Assembly: GCA_965113315.1 (NCBI GenBank)
Contig: OZ220374.1
Direction: 5' to 3' (one strand)
DNA: 64,000 nt
Origin: Podarcis vaucheri
Taxonomy: Eukaryota
The position numbers and the translations under genes were made by a program. The notes beneath the pieces were generated by a model that had not been told where the DNA came from, made no database searches, and saw nothing but the letters and a program-made list of their open reading frames with translations. Shown one piece after another: positions 11,408 through 23,950 of the stretch. How positions within the stretch are numbered: the first letter of the stretch is position 1; every line of letters begins with the position of its first letter.

Positions 11408-11701
11408 TAAGCCATATGTCTTGCTTGCAGGAGGTACCTGGACTTCATGCGAGTTGTAACTGTTGCTGGCAAAGATTGAGAACAGCCAGTCCTTGGCATC
11501 TTCAGTTAAAAGGGTCAGGTAGCAGTTGGTGGGAACGACTCCTGCCTGAGACCCTGAAGAATGACTGCCAGTCAGCAGGTAGATGGACAAATAGCCTCAC
11601 CTGGGAAAGGGCAGATTCCCAACCTTTCGCCATTGCACTAGGGAAGAAATTGTGAGCACCAGCACCAGCCCATTGGAATACACGAGACAACATTTTGATT
11701 T

Positions 11702-11702
<1 letters not shown>

Positions 11703-11744
<42 letters not shown>
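11703..11744. repeat. (GA)n microsatellite
   Basis: Seen directly. Confidence 0.95.
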
Positions 11745-11748
<4 letters not shown>

Positions 11749-13251
11749 ACACTGGATTCAAGAGTTTTACCCATGATTTGTTGCTAGATCTGTTTCCTGC
11801 CTAGCTCAATAGCTTTTATGAATAGGGTTTTCTGAATCTGAACAATTTAGTACTTGTCTAGCAATAAGAAAGCTAAATAAGCTGCATGAGGAGAGCATAA
11901 CTATTTGTTTAACAAGCACCCTTTGACCCCCAAATGCCATTTCTAGCTCCTGTCAGCCCAGATGTAATAATATTTATCAAGCTCTGGTAATGTTACCACA
12001 AGCAGCTAGGTGGCTGACTTTTGAGTGGTGGAAAGGAAGAAGACAAACAAAGTTGGCAAAAGCAGCAAGTCTGAAGCATGGGTAGTCCATGGGCGAACAC
12101 ACAGGTGCCGGCTACACTCAGGTGCCAGTTCTTCTAATAATACTTTGCTTCCTGACTGAGTCAGATGCCTGTTTGGCGACATGTGCATCTGTATTTGACC
12201 ATAGCTAAGCTGCATCTTCACAAGGAAATAATAATAATAATAATATTGGAAAGTCTGTCACTTTTGGCACAAAAAACTGGATTTTCTGTGTAATCCTGGT
12301 ATAAACCCCTGCAACAGATGGCCTTTCCACTCAACGCCCAATCTAGCTCACAAGACCTCTTCCAAAAAAATAAAAATAAAAAAGTAGCAAGGAGGAAAGC
12401 GATATTCAATTTGCCCGGCATTCTACCACATCTGCATTGCTTACCATTCCCATCTGACACTCACAAAACCAGAGAGCTTCAGCTTCTTTATAAAGCAGTC
12501 GTGCCTCTTGGGATATTGGGAGCAATGCTGCCAGCAAGCCCCACTTGGGCAGGGATTGGCTGCACATAGTGCACCTGATTGCTGACTAACTCCAATGGAG
12601 AAAAAAGTTCCATATATGATTGCATGGTTTATGTGCCTTGATCACACTAGGTCAGCCGTAGCCAATGTGACCCCCAGATGTTGTTCAGCTACAACTCCCA
12701 TCAAGCAGGTCAGCATGGCCAGTGGTCAGGAATTATGGGAACTGCAGTCCAAGAACATCTGGATGGCACATCCTTGGCTACCCCTGCAATAGAGGGGGGG
12801 ACTGGCTTTTTAGATATGATTATATTTTTCTAGAGAAAGAGGTGCTGGAACGTGCCATGAACACCTCCCTTGTTCTCTTATAATGGCAACGGCACCCACC
12901 TGAGAGGTGCCGGAACAGAGTTCTGGTGAACTCTGGCTGAAAAAAGGCCTGTTTATAGTACAGGAGTGCTACTTCAAACTACCTGCCTTCTAAGTGTTCC
13001 AGAAAAAAATGGGACATCCTGTTTTTTCACACAAGATCTCAACAGCCATTTTGGGTGCTGTACTTTTGGGGAGCTGTGATCTCACATAGTGCCTACAATT
13101 GCACATTTTGGGGCAACATGCCTTGCTCTCACCCTGAAAAGGTGCTTTTGAAAGGTGCTTACCTGGGACACGTCCCTGTTTGGGGTCAGAAAAAGTTGGA
13201 TGGCATGCAAACTGCCCCAGATCTTTTAATGTTAACTTGAAATTAGCATTG

Positions 13252-13936
13252 TGTCCTGAACCCTGGAGTACTCTGAGGTTAAGTCAGAAAGTCCAATTAT
13301 CGAATACAGGTTCGGGCCCAATGCAATGAGAAAAGTCCAAAGTCAAACTTTAAGGCCAGGTTTCCATCTCTGAAGAAGATCCAGGATTGGAATCCTAGGG
13401 GCAGTTCCAAAATCGCAGTCCGTTGGAGCTCACAAAACAGTCAAGCCATGGTTCATCAATGGTGAAAGCTGAACAGACACAGAGTCTCTGCCTTGCTTCT
13501 CTTTTTATTCCTCCCAATCTTATTTGACACACCTGAGCTTGCACCAGCTATGTTTGTTCCCTTAACAAAGCCTGTGATTGTCACCTGTCTTAAGCTTAAT
13601 CCAGCTGAGTGACCACAAACCTCCTCCCAGACCTAACAAATCCCATGTCCTTCACCTGATCAACTCGTACGTTGGGCTCTGTTCTCTCGCCTGCCTCAGT
13701 CTCTTCAGTTGTACACCTCAGAGCCTGTCATATTCACAGAGAAGGGGGGCACCTCTGGTTCTGGTGATGTGTCCACTTCCCCTGGCTCTCGTGAACTGTT
13801 GGCTGCCCCTTCAACATCCTCTGATGTCCCAAACCTCCCCTTTCCCATATTCAGCTTGTCCCAGTGTGGCCGGTTATGGGTAATCCCTCGCAGGGATCCT
13901 CTTTTTTCTTCCTCGGTGTCCTACCAGTTCATGACA
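13252..13936 (-). mobile_element. Solo Gypsy-type LTR
   Basis: TGTCCTGA...TCATGACA termini and perfect 5-bp TSD CATTG. Its minus-strand start TGTCATGAACTGG is shared with the LTR at 47434. Confidence 0.85.
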
Positions 13937-15924
13937 CATTGTTGAAATGCAGACAAGAGACGACATAGCTCAGTGGCAGAGAACATGATAAAACTCAAAG
14001 ATAAAACTCCAGGAGCAAAGGTCACGTGTCCCTATCTCAAACTGATCAAAAGACCTTGAAACTCAATTATTCCTTCAGAGTCCCTACATACACCACCTTC
14101 TTGGATGGGTTGTGTAGACATGTACAACATGTACATGTTCAACTGGGTCAACATGTATTTCAAACTCCCAACATTCTCACAAAATAAGTTGGAATATGTG
14201 AAAAACTCTCAGGATCAGGCTCAATGCTGGCTTCCAAGGAAGAGTGTATGAAATGTCAACACACGTTGATTTCAGTGCTTAATACAGAAAATGATGAAGA
14301 ACCAGCCTTAAGGGGTAGGGTGGATAAATACAGTGAGAGGAGTCAGAGCTCATTAGATGCTACACACCTTCTGACTCAGAAGCTCTGCTTTTAATGGCGC
14401 TAGCAGTAGTTGGGAGGAAAGGAAACCAGAGGTATGCTCTTCTCCACTTGGCCTTCAGGTAGAAAGTTCCAAAATATCTTCAAAGTATAAGGAATTGTAT
14501 TCCACCGGAGGGAAACAACTGTATGATTGCATAGGAAGACCATGCCTGCTTTTCTGTATACAAATACTGTACAAATGCAGCTATTTGGTATGAAATGCAG
14601 ACTCTAGTTTCACCATTCTCTCTCTCACATCCTTGACAGTGGCAACAGAGGACCTATCATAGAAAGGGCAAAAAGCTGCTGTCCAGATGGTGATCTAAAC
14701 ACATAACAAAGCCAAGCTTAAAACTGTGACCACACACAATCTCACTTTCCTCCCATGGCCTTTCTGCTTCTTTTGATTTTGTCTGCCCATTTTTGGGGTG
14801 TTCAGGAAATACATACCAAAGACACAAAAAATAAACTTCATGGCATGTACACCAGGATATTCATAAGCATATTTTGCTCTCCAGTGCCATTACATTTCCC
14901 GCCTTTTTATTCCAAACAGACTTATCATAAGCTTACTCGCATATATTTTTACCACTGTATGAAAAAAAATAGCCATGTGAAGGCTGAAATTGTGCCCCTT
15001 GGTATCTGGATAGCAGCACCACGAATCCTCACCCCCTGAGCTTAGTGTAAATGTATAGACATCCCCCTTCCCACTTATGTGCATTGTACTCATGTGTGAT
15101 TGCACATGTGTGCGATGCCAAGAATAAATAGAATCATACCAGAAAATGGTGGGAGAGAGCTGGAGAGACCCTCTCTGGAACCTGAAGAGGACATCAGTGA
15201 GGGCAGAGGAAGTGCCAAAACAACCTGAGGCGCAGTGGGGCTTCGTGGAAGCTGCTCAGCCTCCCCACCTAACATCCGACACACAGGGTAGCGCAGCAGC
15301 AGCCACTTTCCCGCTCATCCTCCAGCCAGCCCTAGAGCTTCAACTCTAGCTGAAGAGAGACTTGTGTGGAGAGGGGGGCATTTAGAGGCTTTTTAAAAGG
15401 CACTCCCCACTTTACAAAATTTCACTAATGCCCATAAGGTTCCAAGAACGTAACCCCTGCCTAGGGGGGGGGGGGCTATAGTTGGCTAGCTCTGCAAGAA
15501 GCTGCCGAATGAGATGCAGTCTGGAAATGATTCATTTTATTTTTTATTTTATTTTATTTACACCATATTTTGCTTAGGTCTTTGAATTCCATTGTAATTA
15601 GCTGCATATATATAAATAGAGTGGAGAGAATTTGTGGCTTCCCAGATGGCCTTTTATACAAGGTGCTCATGTCTTCAAACAAAGCATTTGGTCTGCAACT
15701 CAGGATAAAAGCTAAGAGTAGATGGCAGCTTTTAGTAAACTCAAGTATAGCAGTGTTGGCATTCTGATTCCTCAAACTATAGTAGTGTTTTCTAAGTCAC
15801 ATATCAACTTTGCTGCTTTTAATCACTGAATATGACACTTAAGTAATGTGGTCAGCCCTTCATAAGACAGTGATGCCTGATGCAGTTTACCAGGAACGTA
15901 AGCAATTATTATCTAGCCACTATT

Positions 15925-15988
15925 CTTCCTTCCTTCCTTCCTTCCTTCCTTCCTTCCTTCCTTCCTTCCTTCCTTCCTTCCTTCCTTC
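15925..15988. repeat. (TTCC)n microsatellite
   Basis: Seen directly. Confidence 0.95.
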
Positions 15989-16129
15989 TCCAGCACTTGC
16001 ATGCTGTCCCATGACATAAATTCCTCTGCGTAGCTTACAAAAAACCAAAACCTATCTAAAGGGAAATTATAGGATTAGGTTGGTCTGGACAACTTCTCAG
16101 AAAGCGTGTTCTCCTTCATGGAGAGCATG

Positions 16130-16910
16130 TGTTGCGGTGGGGGCCGCCAGGACACTCCAAAGTTGGGGGCGGGCTAATTGATTGTTGGCCACTGATGCGA
16201 TTGGGGCTTCCCTTGTTGTTGGGAAGAAGTTAATGTTGCCATTTATTGATTGACAGCCAGAAATAGTAAAACTCCTGGCACGAGGCTAGGGCTTCCTCTT
16301 TTCGCACGTGCATCGGATTGCCCGTCCCTCCCTCCCTAGAATAGGGTTGTTCGCTTTGACCTTGCTATGCTTGTCATGGGGTCATCTGCTCTTGGGGCAG
16401 GGGCCTGGTAGGAATTTTGTCCATCTGGCTGATTGGCTGGGGCCATTTGGTTTTTGCCTACTGCGTAGCAAATTGTCACAACTTGTAAGGTTCGCGGTTA
16501 GGCATTGGTTTATGGTTTGGTTGGTTGAGGGGCATGGATTGGCTGTGCCTGCCCCTCTAATGCTGCTGCTGCAAGAAATTCAGTTAAAGGAATTGGGAGC
16601 TAACTATTGCTTGTCCACTCTGTCAAGGGGGCTCGGGCCATAGCAATGAGCTCCTGGTTGCATTTGGGGTGAGGGCAGGTTCCCTGCTCCGCGTAACCCC
16701 CAAGTGTATTCCCCCATTCTGACTTTCGCATCGTGCGGAATGTCAGACTGTCCCCCACGGTGGGGGCAGCTAGTCGCAACCAATGCCTACGCAACCACTC
16801 ACAAATTTGTATTTTAATAAAGTTGTGGCCAAAATTATGCCAAAAATCTTAAACAAAAATTTCTGTGTGATGTGTGAGTTATTGGGGTGGACCTGGGGAC
16901 CTCGACACGC
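16130..16910 (+). mobile_element. Non-coding LTR-like or DIRS/Ngaro-like terminal-repeat element
   Basis: GC/CpG-richer block ending in AATAAAGTTGTGGCC, a motif recurring at about 37650, 51595 and (degenerate) 28340. Family assignment is inference. Confidence 0.5.
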
Positions 16911-17989
16911 AAATAATCAGACCTCCAGTAGGGGAGGAGTCCAGTGGGGAAATAGGTATAACTTACTGGGTTTTTAGAAAGAGTCCAAGTCTCCACACTA
17001 GGCCTTACTGCTGTAGGGTAGTGAGACAACAATATGATAACCATGACTGGCATGCAATAGCCACTCTTAGAATATTTCCAGACTAGAATTGGCAACATTT
17101 GCCCATCTTTACTTAACATTCACTCATAATTCGTCTGGACATATTTACCAAGCTGATGTAACAGTAAATTGAACTGGAGCCTTTGCAATAAACTCAGTCT
17201 GAAGACCGAGTTCCAATCTAAGCCTCCAGTTAATTGCAATCTTCTGTTTCATATCTGGAATTGCAACACCACCTAACTGTGTGAAGAAGCGATAGGTTGA
17301 AGCAGGAGGAAGTCTCTGATTGGCTAGGGCCAGAACACGATCCCCTCACAGTGGAAAGCAGAGAACTCTGCATGAACTGCTGGTGAAGAAAAGGAGCGGC
17401 TGCTCGTGAAGGAAGTTAGTGACAAACAAGCATGACTAAGGATTTCACAATCTGGCCATTAATGTTTTCAGCATGTTACGTAAAAGGCAAAACAATAAAG
17501 TTTACCAAACACACAGAATGTACTTCAGTTGCTTTTGGACAATTATAACTTGTAAAATATGGCAGATGCTGCCAAAATGGCAGAAAACATGATAAGCAGC
17601 TGTCATCAAGAGTTTGAAGGAAATGCCACTCAAACACACACAAACTGAGACCATTAAGGTCCATTTCCTTCACAAACAACTCATTACTCTCTCATCTCCC
17701 ATTAGGCCTATCTTCTAGACCAGGGGTTCCCAGGGAGTCCATGGCACCATTCACACAGCAAAAGCTACCATAGAGATATCAACATCTCCAAAATTAGGGG
17801 GTCCATGGCTTGGCTTTTGAAAAACAGGGGTCTGAAGTTCTTAGCTAACTGGCTAATAGTTCTAGATCATTCACACACCTTGGGCTTCTGGCCTTCATTT
17901 CTCTCCCATTATTACCTCTCCTGCTTTCAAAATTTAGATAGAAAGCTCCTCAGGAAACAGCAGGAAGTTTACTGTTTTACTTAATATTT

Positions 17990-18215
17990 TATTTTTAATT
18001 AAGTAATGACATTTATTTCTCACCTTACATCCAAGGAGCTCAAGGTGACACACCTGGTTCACCCCATATTACCCTCACAACAACTATATGAAGTAGGTTA
18101 GGCTGAAAGATGGTGACCGGTCTGTTATCATCCACTGAGCTTCATAGCAGAGCGGGGATTTTAACTCTGGTCTTCCAAATCCTAGTCCAACATTCTAACC
18201 ACTATCACACACTAA
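17990..18215 (-). mobile_element. MIR/Squam3-like SINE
   Basis: CORE-like cctcacaacaac...gtaggttaggctga and a tRNA-like end ctaaccactatcacac. Confidence 0.6.
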
Positions 18216-18789
18216 CTCTTATGCTATCCTGTAAAACACCATATATATTAACCACTCAGATGTTTTCTTCTACAACAGTATATAAATTTTATTAAATAAG
18301 TAAATATTGAAAATGCCATTTTCATGTGTATCAATGAAAAACAGTAATAACATAACTAATAACAATCACAATTTTAGGTCACCAGATGTTGTTGGACTGC
18401 AACTCCCATTATCCCTGACCATTGCCCATGCTGACTGCGGATGTTGGGAATGTGTTTATGGGATAGCCTCCACTTATACCGAGGACTCAGCTATACAGCT
18501 GCAAATAAAACGTTTTAAATGTGTTGTTGGAAGTCACAATTATCTTTGTTAACACATTAGGACTCACATTTCTGCACTCTGGCACTGATGGCATGAAGAA
18601 CAGTCTCACGTAAGAATTGAGCTATATGAACCTTGGGTCTTGGATTTAGAATGAAATTCATCTCCTTTCAGAAGCCAGTAGGCCAAATAAAATTGTAGTC
18701 TTTCTCTGAATATGGTGCAGCAGGATAAAGATCAAGTCTTGTCCATTCAAGTGAACATTGCAAGGGTAGGTATGATAGTGGCAAGTTTA

Positions 18790-20966
18790 AGGTTTTGAGA
18801 ATGGTATGGGTGCAATATATGCAGAACAAAAGGCTAAATTAATTGTAAATAATGTGATAACGGAAGAATTTAAAATAGAAAAAGGGACATGACAGGGATG
18901 CCCAATTTCCCCATTACTTTTTATATCAGTCCTGGAGGTTTTGCTAAATATGATTAGAAGGGACCAGCTGGTTAAAGGGGTACAGGTCGGAGCTAAACAG
19001 TACAAATTGAGGGCATTTGCAGATGACCTGGTACTTGCTTTACAAGAGCCAGACACTAGTACGAAAAGGGTTTTAGAATTAATTCAAGAATTTGGTCAAG
19101 TTGCAGGATTTAAGTTGAACAAACAAAAAACCAAGGTATTGGAGAAAAACTTAACAGTTACTGAAAGGGAGAGGTTCCAGAATGAAACAGGATTAACTGT
19201 GGTTAAGAAGGTGAAATACTTGGGGATTAATATGACATCAAAAATGTGAATTTATTTAAAGACAATTATGAGAAATGTTGGACAGAGGTAAAAAAAGATC
19301 TAGAAATATGGTCAAATTTGAAGCTTTCCTTGTTAGGCCGAATAGCTGTTATTAAGATTAATGTATTGCCGAGAATGTTGTTCCTATTCCAAACATTGCA
19401 AATTGTGGACAAGATGGATTGCTTCAAGAGGTGGCAGAAAGATGTCTCGAAGTTTGTCTGGCAGGGCAAAAAACCCAGAATAAAATTTAAAATTTTAACT
19501 GATGCAAAGGAAATTGGGGGGTTTGCCCTGCCGGACTTAAAACTGTACTATGAATCAGCAGCTTTCTGCTGGATGAAAGACTGGCTACTTCTTGAGAATA
19601 CTGATATCTTGGATTTGGAAGGTTTTAATAATGTATTCGGATGGCATGCATATATATGGTATGACAAGGTTAAAGCTCATAAAGCTTTTAAAAACCATAT
19701 TGTTAGGAAAGCACTATATAATGTTTGGATTAGATATAAAGACTTGTTGGAAAATAAAACCCCAAGGTGGTTGTCGCCAATGGAGGCTAAAGCTGTGAAA
19801 AAGCTCAATATGGAGGCCAAATGGCCAAAATATTGGGAAATTTTGGAACAGGAGGGAGATAAACTGAAATTACAGAGTTATGAGGAATTGAACATCAAGG
19901 TACGAGATTGGCTCCATTATTACCAAATAATGGAGGTTTATAAACAGGATAGGAAAATTGGCTTCCAGGTGGAGAAATCAAAATTAGAAACAGAACTGTT
20001 AGAACCCAATACTAAGAATTTGTCAAGAATGTATAACTTGTTGCTGAAATGGAATACGCAAGATGAAACTGTTAAATCAGCTATGATTAAGTGGGCACAA
20101 GACATTGGTCATAACATCATGTTTGCTGACTGGGAACAGTTGTGGACCACCAGTATAAAGTTTACGGCATGTAATGCCTTAAGAGAGAATATTATGAAAA
20201 TGATTTACAGGTGGTACATGACCCCAGACAAGCTTGCAAAGATCTACCATTTGCCCGATAATAAATGTTGGAAATGCAAAGAAACTGAAGGTACTTTTTT
20301 TCACCTTTGGTGGACGTGCCCGAAGATTAAGGCCTTCTGGGAAATGATATATAATGAAATGAAAAAGGTACTTAAATGTACTTTCCCTAAGAAACCAGAG
20401 GCCTCCCTCTTGGGCATTGTCGGCCAATTGGTGCCAAAGAAGGACAGAACATTCTTTATGTATGCTACAACAGCAGCAAGAATACTCATAGCAAAGTATT
20501 GGAAGACACAAGATCTACCCACCTTGGAAGAGTGGCAGATAAAGGTGATCGATTACATGGGACTGGCTGAAATGACTGACAGAATCTGAGACCAGGGGAA
20601 GGTGACGGCGGAAGAAGATTGGAAGAAATTTAAAATCTTAAGAAACACTGTAAAATTAATGAATGTTAAAATGTTGTGGTTTTACAAAGTAAGGGATTAC
20701 AGCTGGTAAAGATTAAGTAAAAGAAAAGAAAAGGAAAAATTGGATTAAAATAAGGGGAAGGATTTGCTGAAATAAATTTGGGTATTGGAATGCAGAAAGG
20801 GGAGGTATGGGGAAGTCGATGAAGTAAGTTTAAGGGGGGGGAAAGGAGTTGAAATTATATGTGTTTGTTTGTTTTTGTATGTATCTATGTGTAATGTGTT
20901 TTGTGTGTACTGTATGTGTTTTTATAATTTGTGAAAATTTAATAAATATTTATATTTTAAAAAAAA
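18790..20966 (+). mobile_element. 5'-truncated L1-type LINE (RT C-half, CCHC, 3' UTR, polyA)
   Basis: G*QGCPISP, AFADDL, KYLGI, CWKC...HLWWTC. Frameshift near 19245. AATAAA plus A tail. 16-bp TSD GATAGTGGCAAGTTTA (18774-18789 / 20967-20982). Confidence 0.94.
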
Positions 20967-23577
20967 GATAGTGGCAAGTTTAGATTCTCTCCCTTGGTCA
21001 CTGAAGAGGATTTTGAACCAAATGGCCTTGTGGCTGCCAGTCCTAAGTCACCAGCACTTTAACCAGGTACTTCCAAGACCACAAGACTTAGTGAGGCAGC
21101 CCACCATGTTGTGACCACTGAGACTTCTGGAAGGTGCTGGATCGTCTCCCAAACCACTGGTTTGGAGAAAGGAATGCCTCTAACTGCTGGTCCCTGGGTC
21201 TTCTCAGAACAAAATGCTGTGGTTGGGGGTGAGGTGGGCAGGGGAGAGCAGAAAGCGGTTGGGCTCCAGTGAAAAAATCGAAAAGAACCTGGTTACTATG
21301 CAGGACCTATTTCTTTTAAAAAGAAAATTCCAGCCCACTTGAATCAGGACCACCTTCATCCTAAACTGTTCTCCACCAACAGCTACTTTACTTTTTAGAA
21401 TGAGTGGCATACGACCAGCTGTCCAGAAGGGGATGCACAAAGAAGAAACTTCCTGTGGGAAGTAGTTCCCTACACAACTCAGATCACTGCTCAGTACTAA
21501 TTATATAAGAAAACTGAGGCTCTTTCTTCTATCTGTTTCAGCTAGCTGTACTAAATATACTGGGAAAATGTCTGGTGCTTGAATAAATTCCACCTTAATC
21601 TCTGAGGAAAAATGAGCATGATAAAGATGACTGGAGAGCTCTGTAGTTTCGCTTTGCCCTACAGATGCGTCAAGCAGAGGAATATTTTTCTAAAACAGAA
21701 TGATTGCCTTGGAGGCATCCAAATCCATAGCTTAGAGAAACAAGCTTCCCTCCAGCCTTGTGAAAATAGAGGGCTAAAAGTCTCAAATTTAAAATGGTAT
21801 CATATTGCTGCCAATCTTACCCAAGTTAATAAGTTATGAATTCCTAATTCCGGCCCTAATGCCCTGGGTACAACTGGAAAGGCCAAGCATGGAATGCTGC
21901 GTATCAGACAACATTTATATCCTATAAATTGTAATTGACAACTGACAAATTTATATCTTGCAAATTATAATTGACAACTGGGGAAAAATCTTTGTGAAAT
22001 TATGAACTTGGAGCGCAGCAGTGGTTCTTAATCTATGGCCCAGGGAACACGAGTGGCTTCTAGCGCTCTTTGAAATGGTGGATGAGATCACAGCTTCTGA
22101 AGAGGCAATCTCTTAAAAAAAATTAATAAATTGAAAAGCAACTTGCCTCTTCAGCAGTGTGAATGCCAGAGAAGCTCCTGATTGCATGGGTTCTCCCACA
22201 GGCACGCATATTGACCCAATGGTTTTCAGGTGCAGGAACAGAAAACATGTACATCAGTTGAGTTTGATTTGATTTTAAGCATTCCTCCATCGGGTGGCCA
22301 TGAAGTAAGAACATAACTGCAAAAACAAATGGCACAGCAGTCTACAGTATGACTAAGTTTAATAATCACTGCACAGCTTACCTGCCAACATGAGCACACA
22401 ACTCAGAAATAGGTGGTCCTAATTTAGACTCATTGAAAGCAACAGAACCAAAGTTGGTCACCATAACTAACTTTTGCTGGACTGTGTCTTATATACCCAA
22501 AGGCATCACTAGATATTATTTTAATAAGCCTCACCTGTTGTCATTTGTGACCCCAGTCTGTCTAACTTTGCATGCACACAGCAGCCAGCACAGTTCTTGT
22601 GGCAGCCTGCGGCCACATAATCATGCCCATCATCTGTCAAGCGAAGGAGAGTGATAAGGACTCAACCCAGTCCCTTCCAACCAGCTGATTGTCACAAATG
22701 CAGTTTATTTGGCAAGGCTCTATGCATGCAGCTCATAGGGGCACCAAGGAACTTACCCAATCAGGATGGGGAATCATTTGTGCCCATGGCCTCCCAGCCA
22801 AGGTATCTGTGCCTTTTAAGATGCAAGCATTGTGTGCCTTTCTCACGCAAGCCGCTCATAAAAGTCACTGGCATCTTCAGTGCCAAGCTTTCTACCGCAG
22901 GCAGGACCACTTGCTTTTTCCAACCCAATTTTGACTTGCAAACCAGCTTTTGATGCTGTGACAATGCACTAACAAAATAATTAGCTAATGTTAAAATATT
23001 TTGTGTGAAAATGCTATTTCTACATAGTGATTAAAGGGCAATGGGTCTCTTCAGGTGGGATGAGTACACTAACTCTGTCACCATCTGAAGTGGAAAGTCT
23101 GCTATCTTCATAGATCCATTTCAATCTGGATTTAGACTGGGTTTTAATATGGAAAGTTTGTAAATTGTTTTGTGTTGCTCTGGGCAATATTTATTTATTT
23201 ATTTATTTATTATTATTATTATTATATAAATATGTTAAAATTGTTTCCTTACAAACTCCAAAGGTCAGATTCATGTGCTTTTCCATACAGTTTCTAAATT
23301 ATTGGTACGGTATATGAACACAACAGAGGCTTGTGAGAGTCACACTGCTGAACTAGAGCAACTAGCTCAAACCTCTTCACACGCTGGGTATCTCAGGTAG
23401 ACCAGGAAGATCAAAAGCTTGATTACCTAGTTCTTCCCAAGGTGAGTGGAAGTGGACACAGCTAGAGCTTGGCAGGACAGCTTAATCTGTGGTCTTAATC
23501 CCTTCGTTAACTAATTAGACTTAAATATGTTGGTTATATGAGGCTAGTTATCCTACACCTATATATATTGTTCAAAG

Positions 23578-23950
23578 GGGATGTGGGTGGCGCTGTGGTC
23601 TAAACTCTGAGCCTCTTTGGCTTGCTGATCAGAAGGTTGGCGGTTTGAATCCACACAATGGGGTGAGCTCCTGTTGCTCTGTTCCAGCTCCTGCCAACCT
23701 AGCAGTTCAAAAGCATGACAGTGCAAGTAAATAAATTCCTGTGGCGGGAAGGTAAATGGCGTTTCCATGCACTCTTGCTTCCGTCACGGTGTTCTGTTGT
23801 GCCAGAAGCAGTTTAGTCCTGCTGACCACATGACCCAGAAAGCTGTCTGTGGACAAATGGTGGCTCCCTCGGCCTGAAAGCGAGATGAGCGCTGCAACCC
23901 CATAGTCACCTGTGACTGGACTTAACCGCCCAGGGGTCCTTTAACTTTAC
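23578..23950 (+). mobile_element. Sauria SINE, older CpG-decayed copy
   Basis: Homologous to 11048-11407, with flanking ATATTGTTCAAA duplication. Confidence 0.88.

Noticed and set aside
21908-21980. ~36-bp imperfect tandem duplication
   Set aside because: An ordinary local slippage duplication with no further structure.
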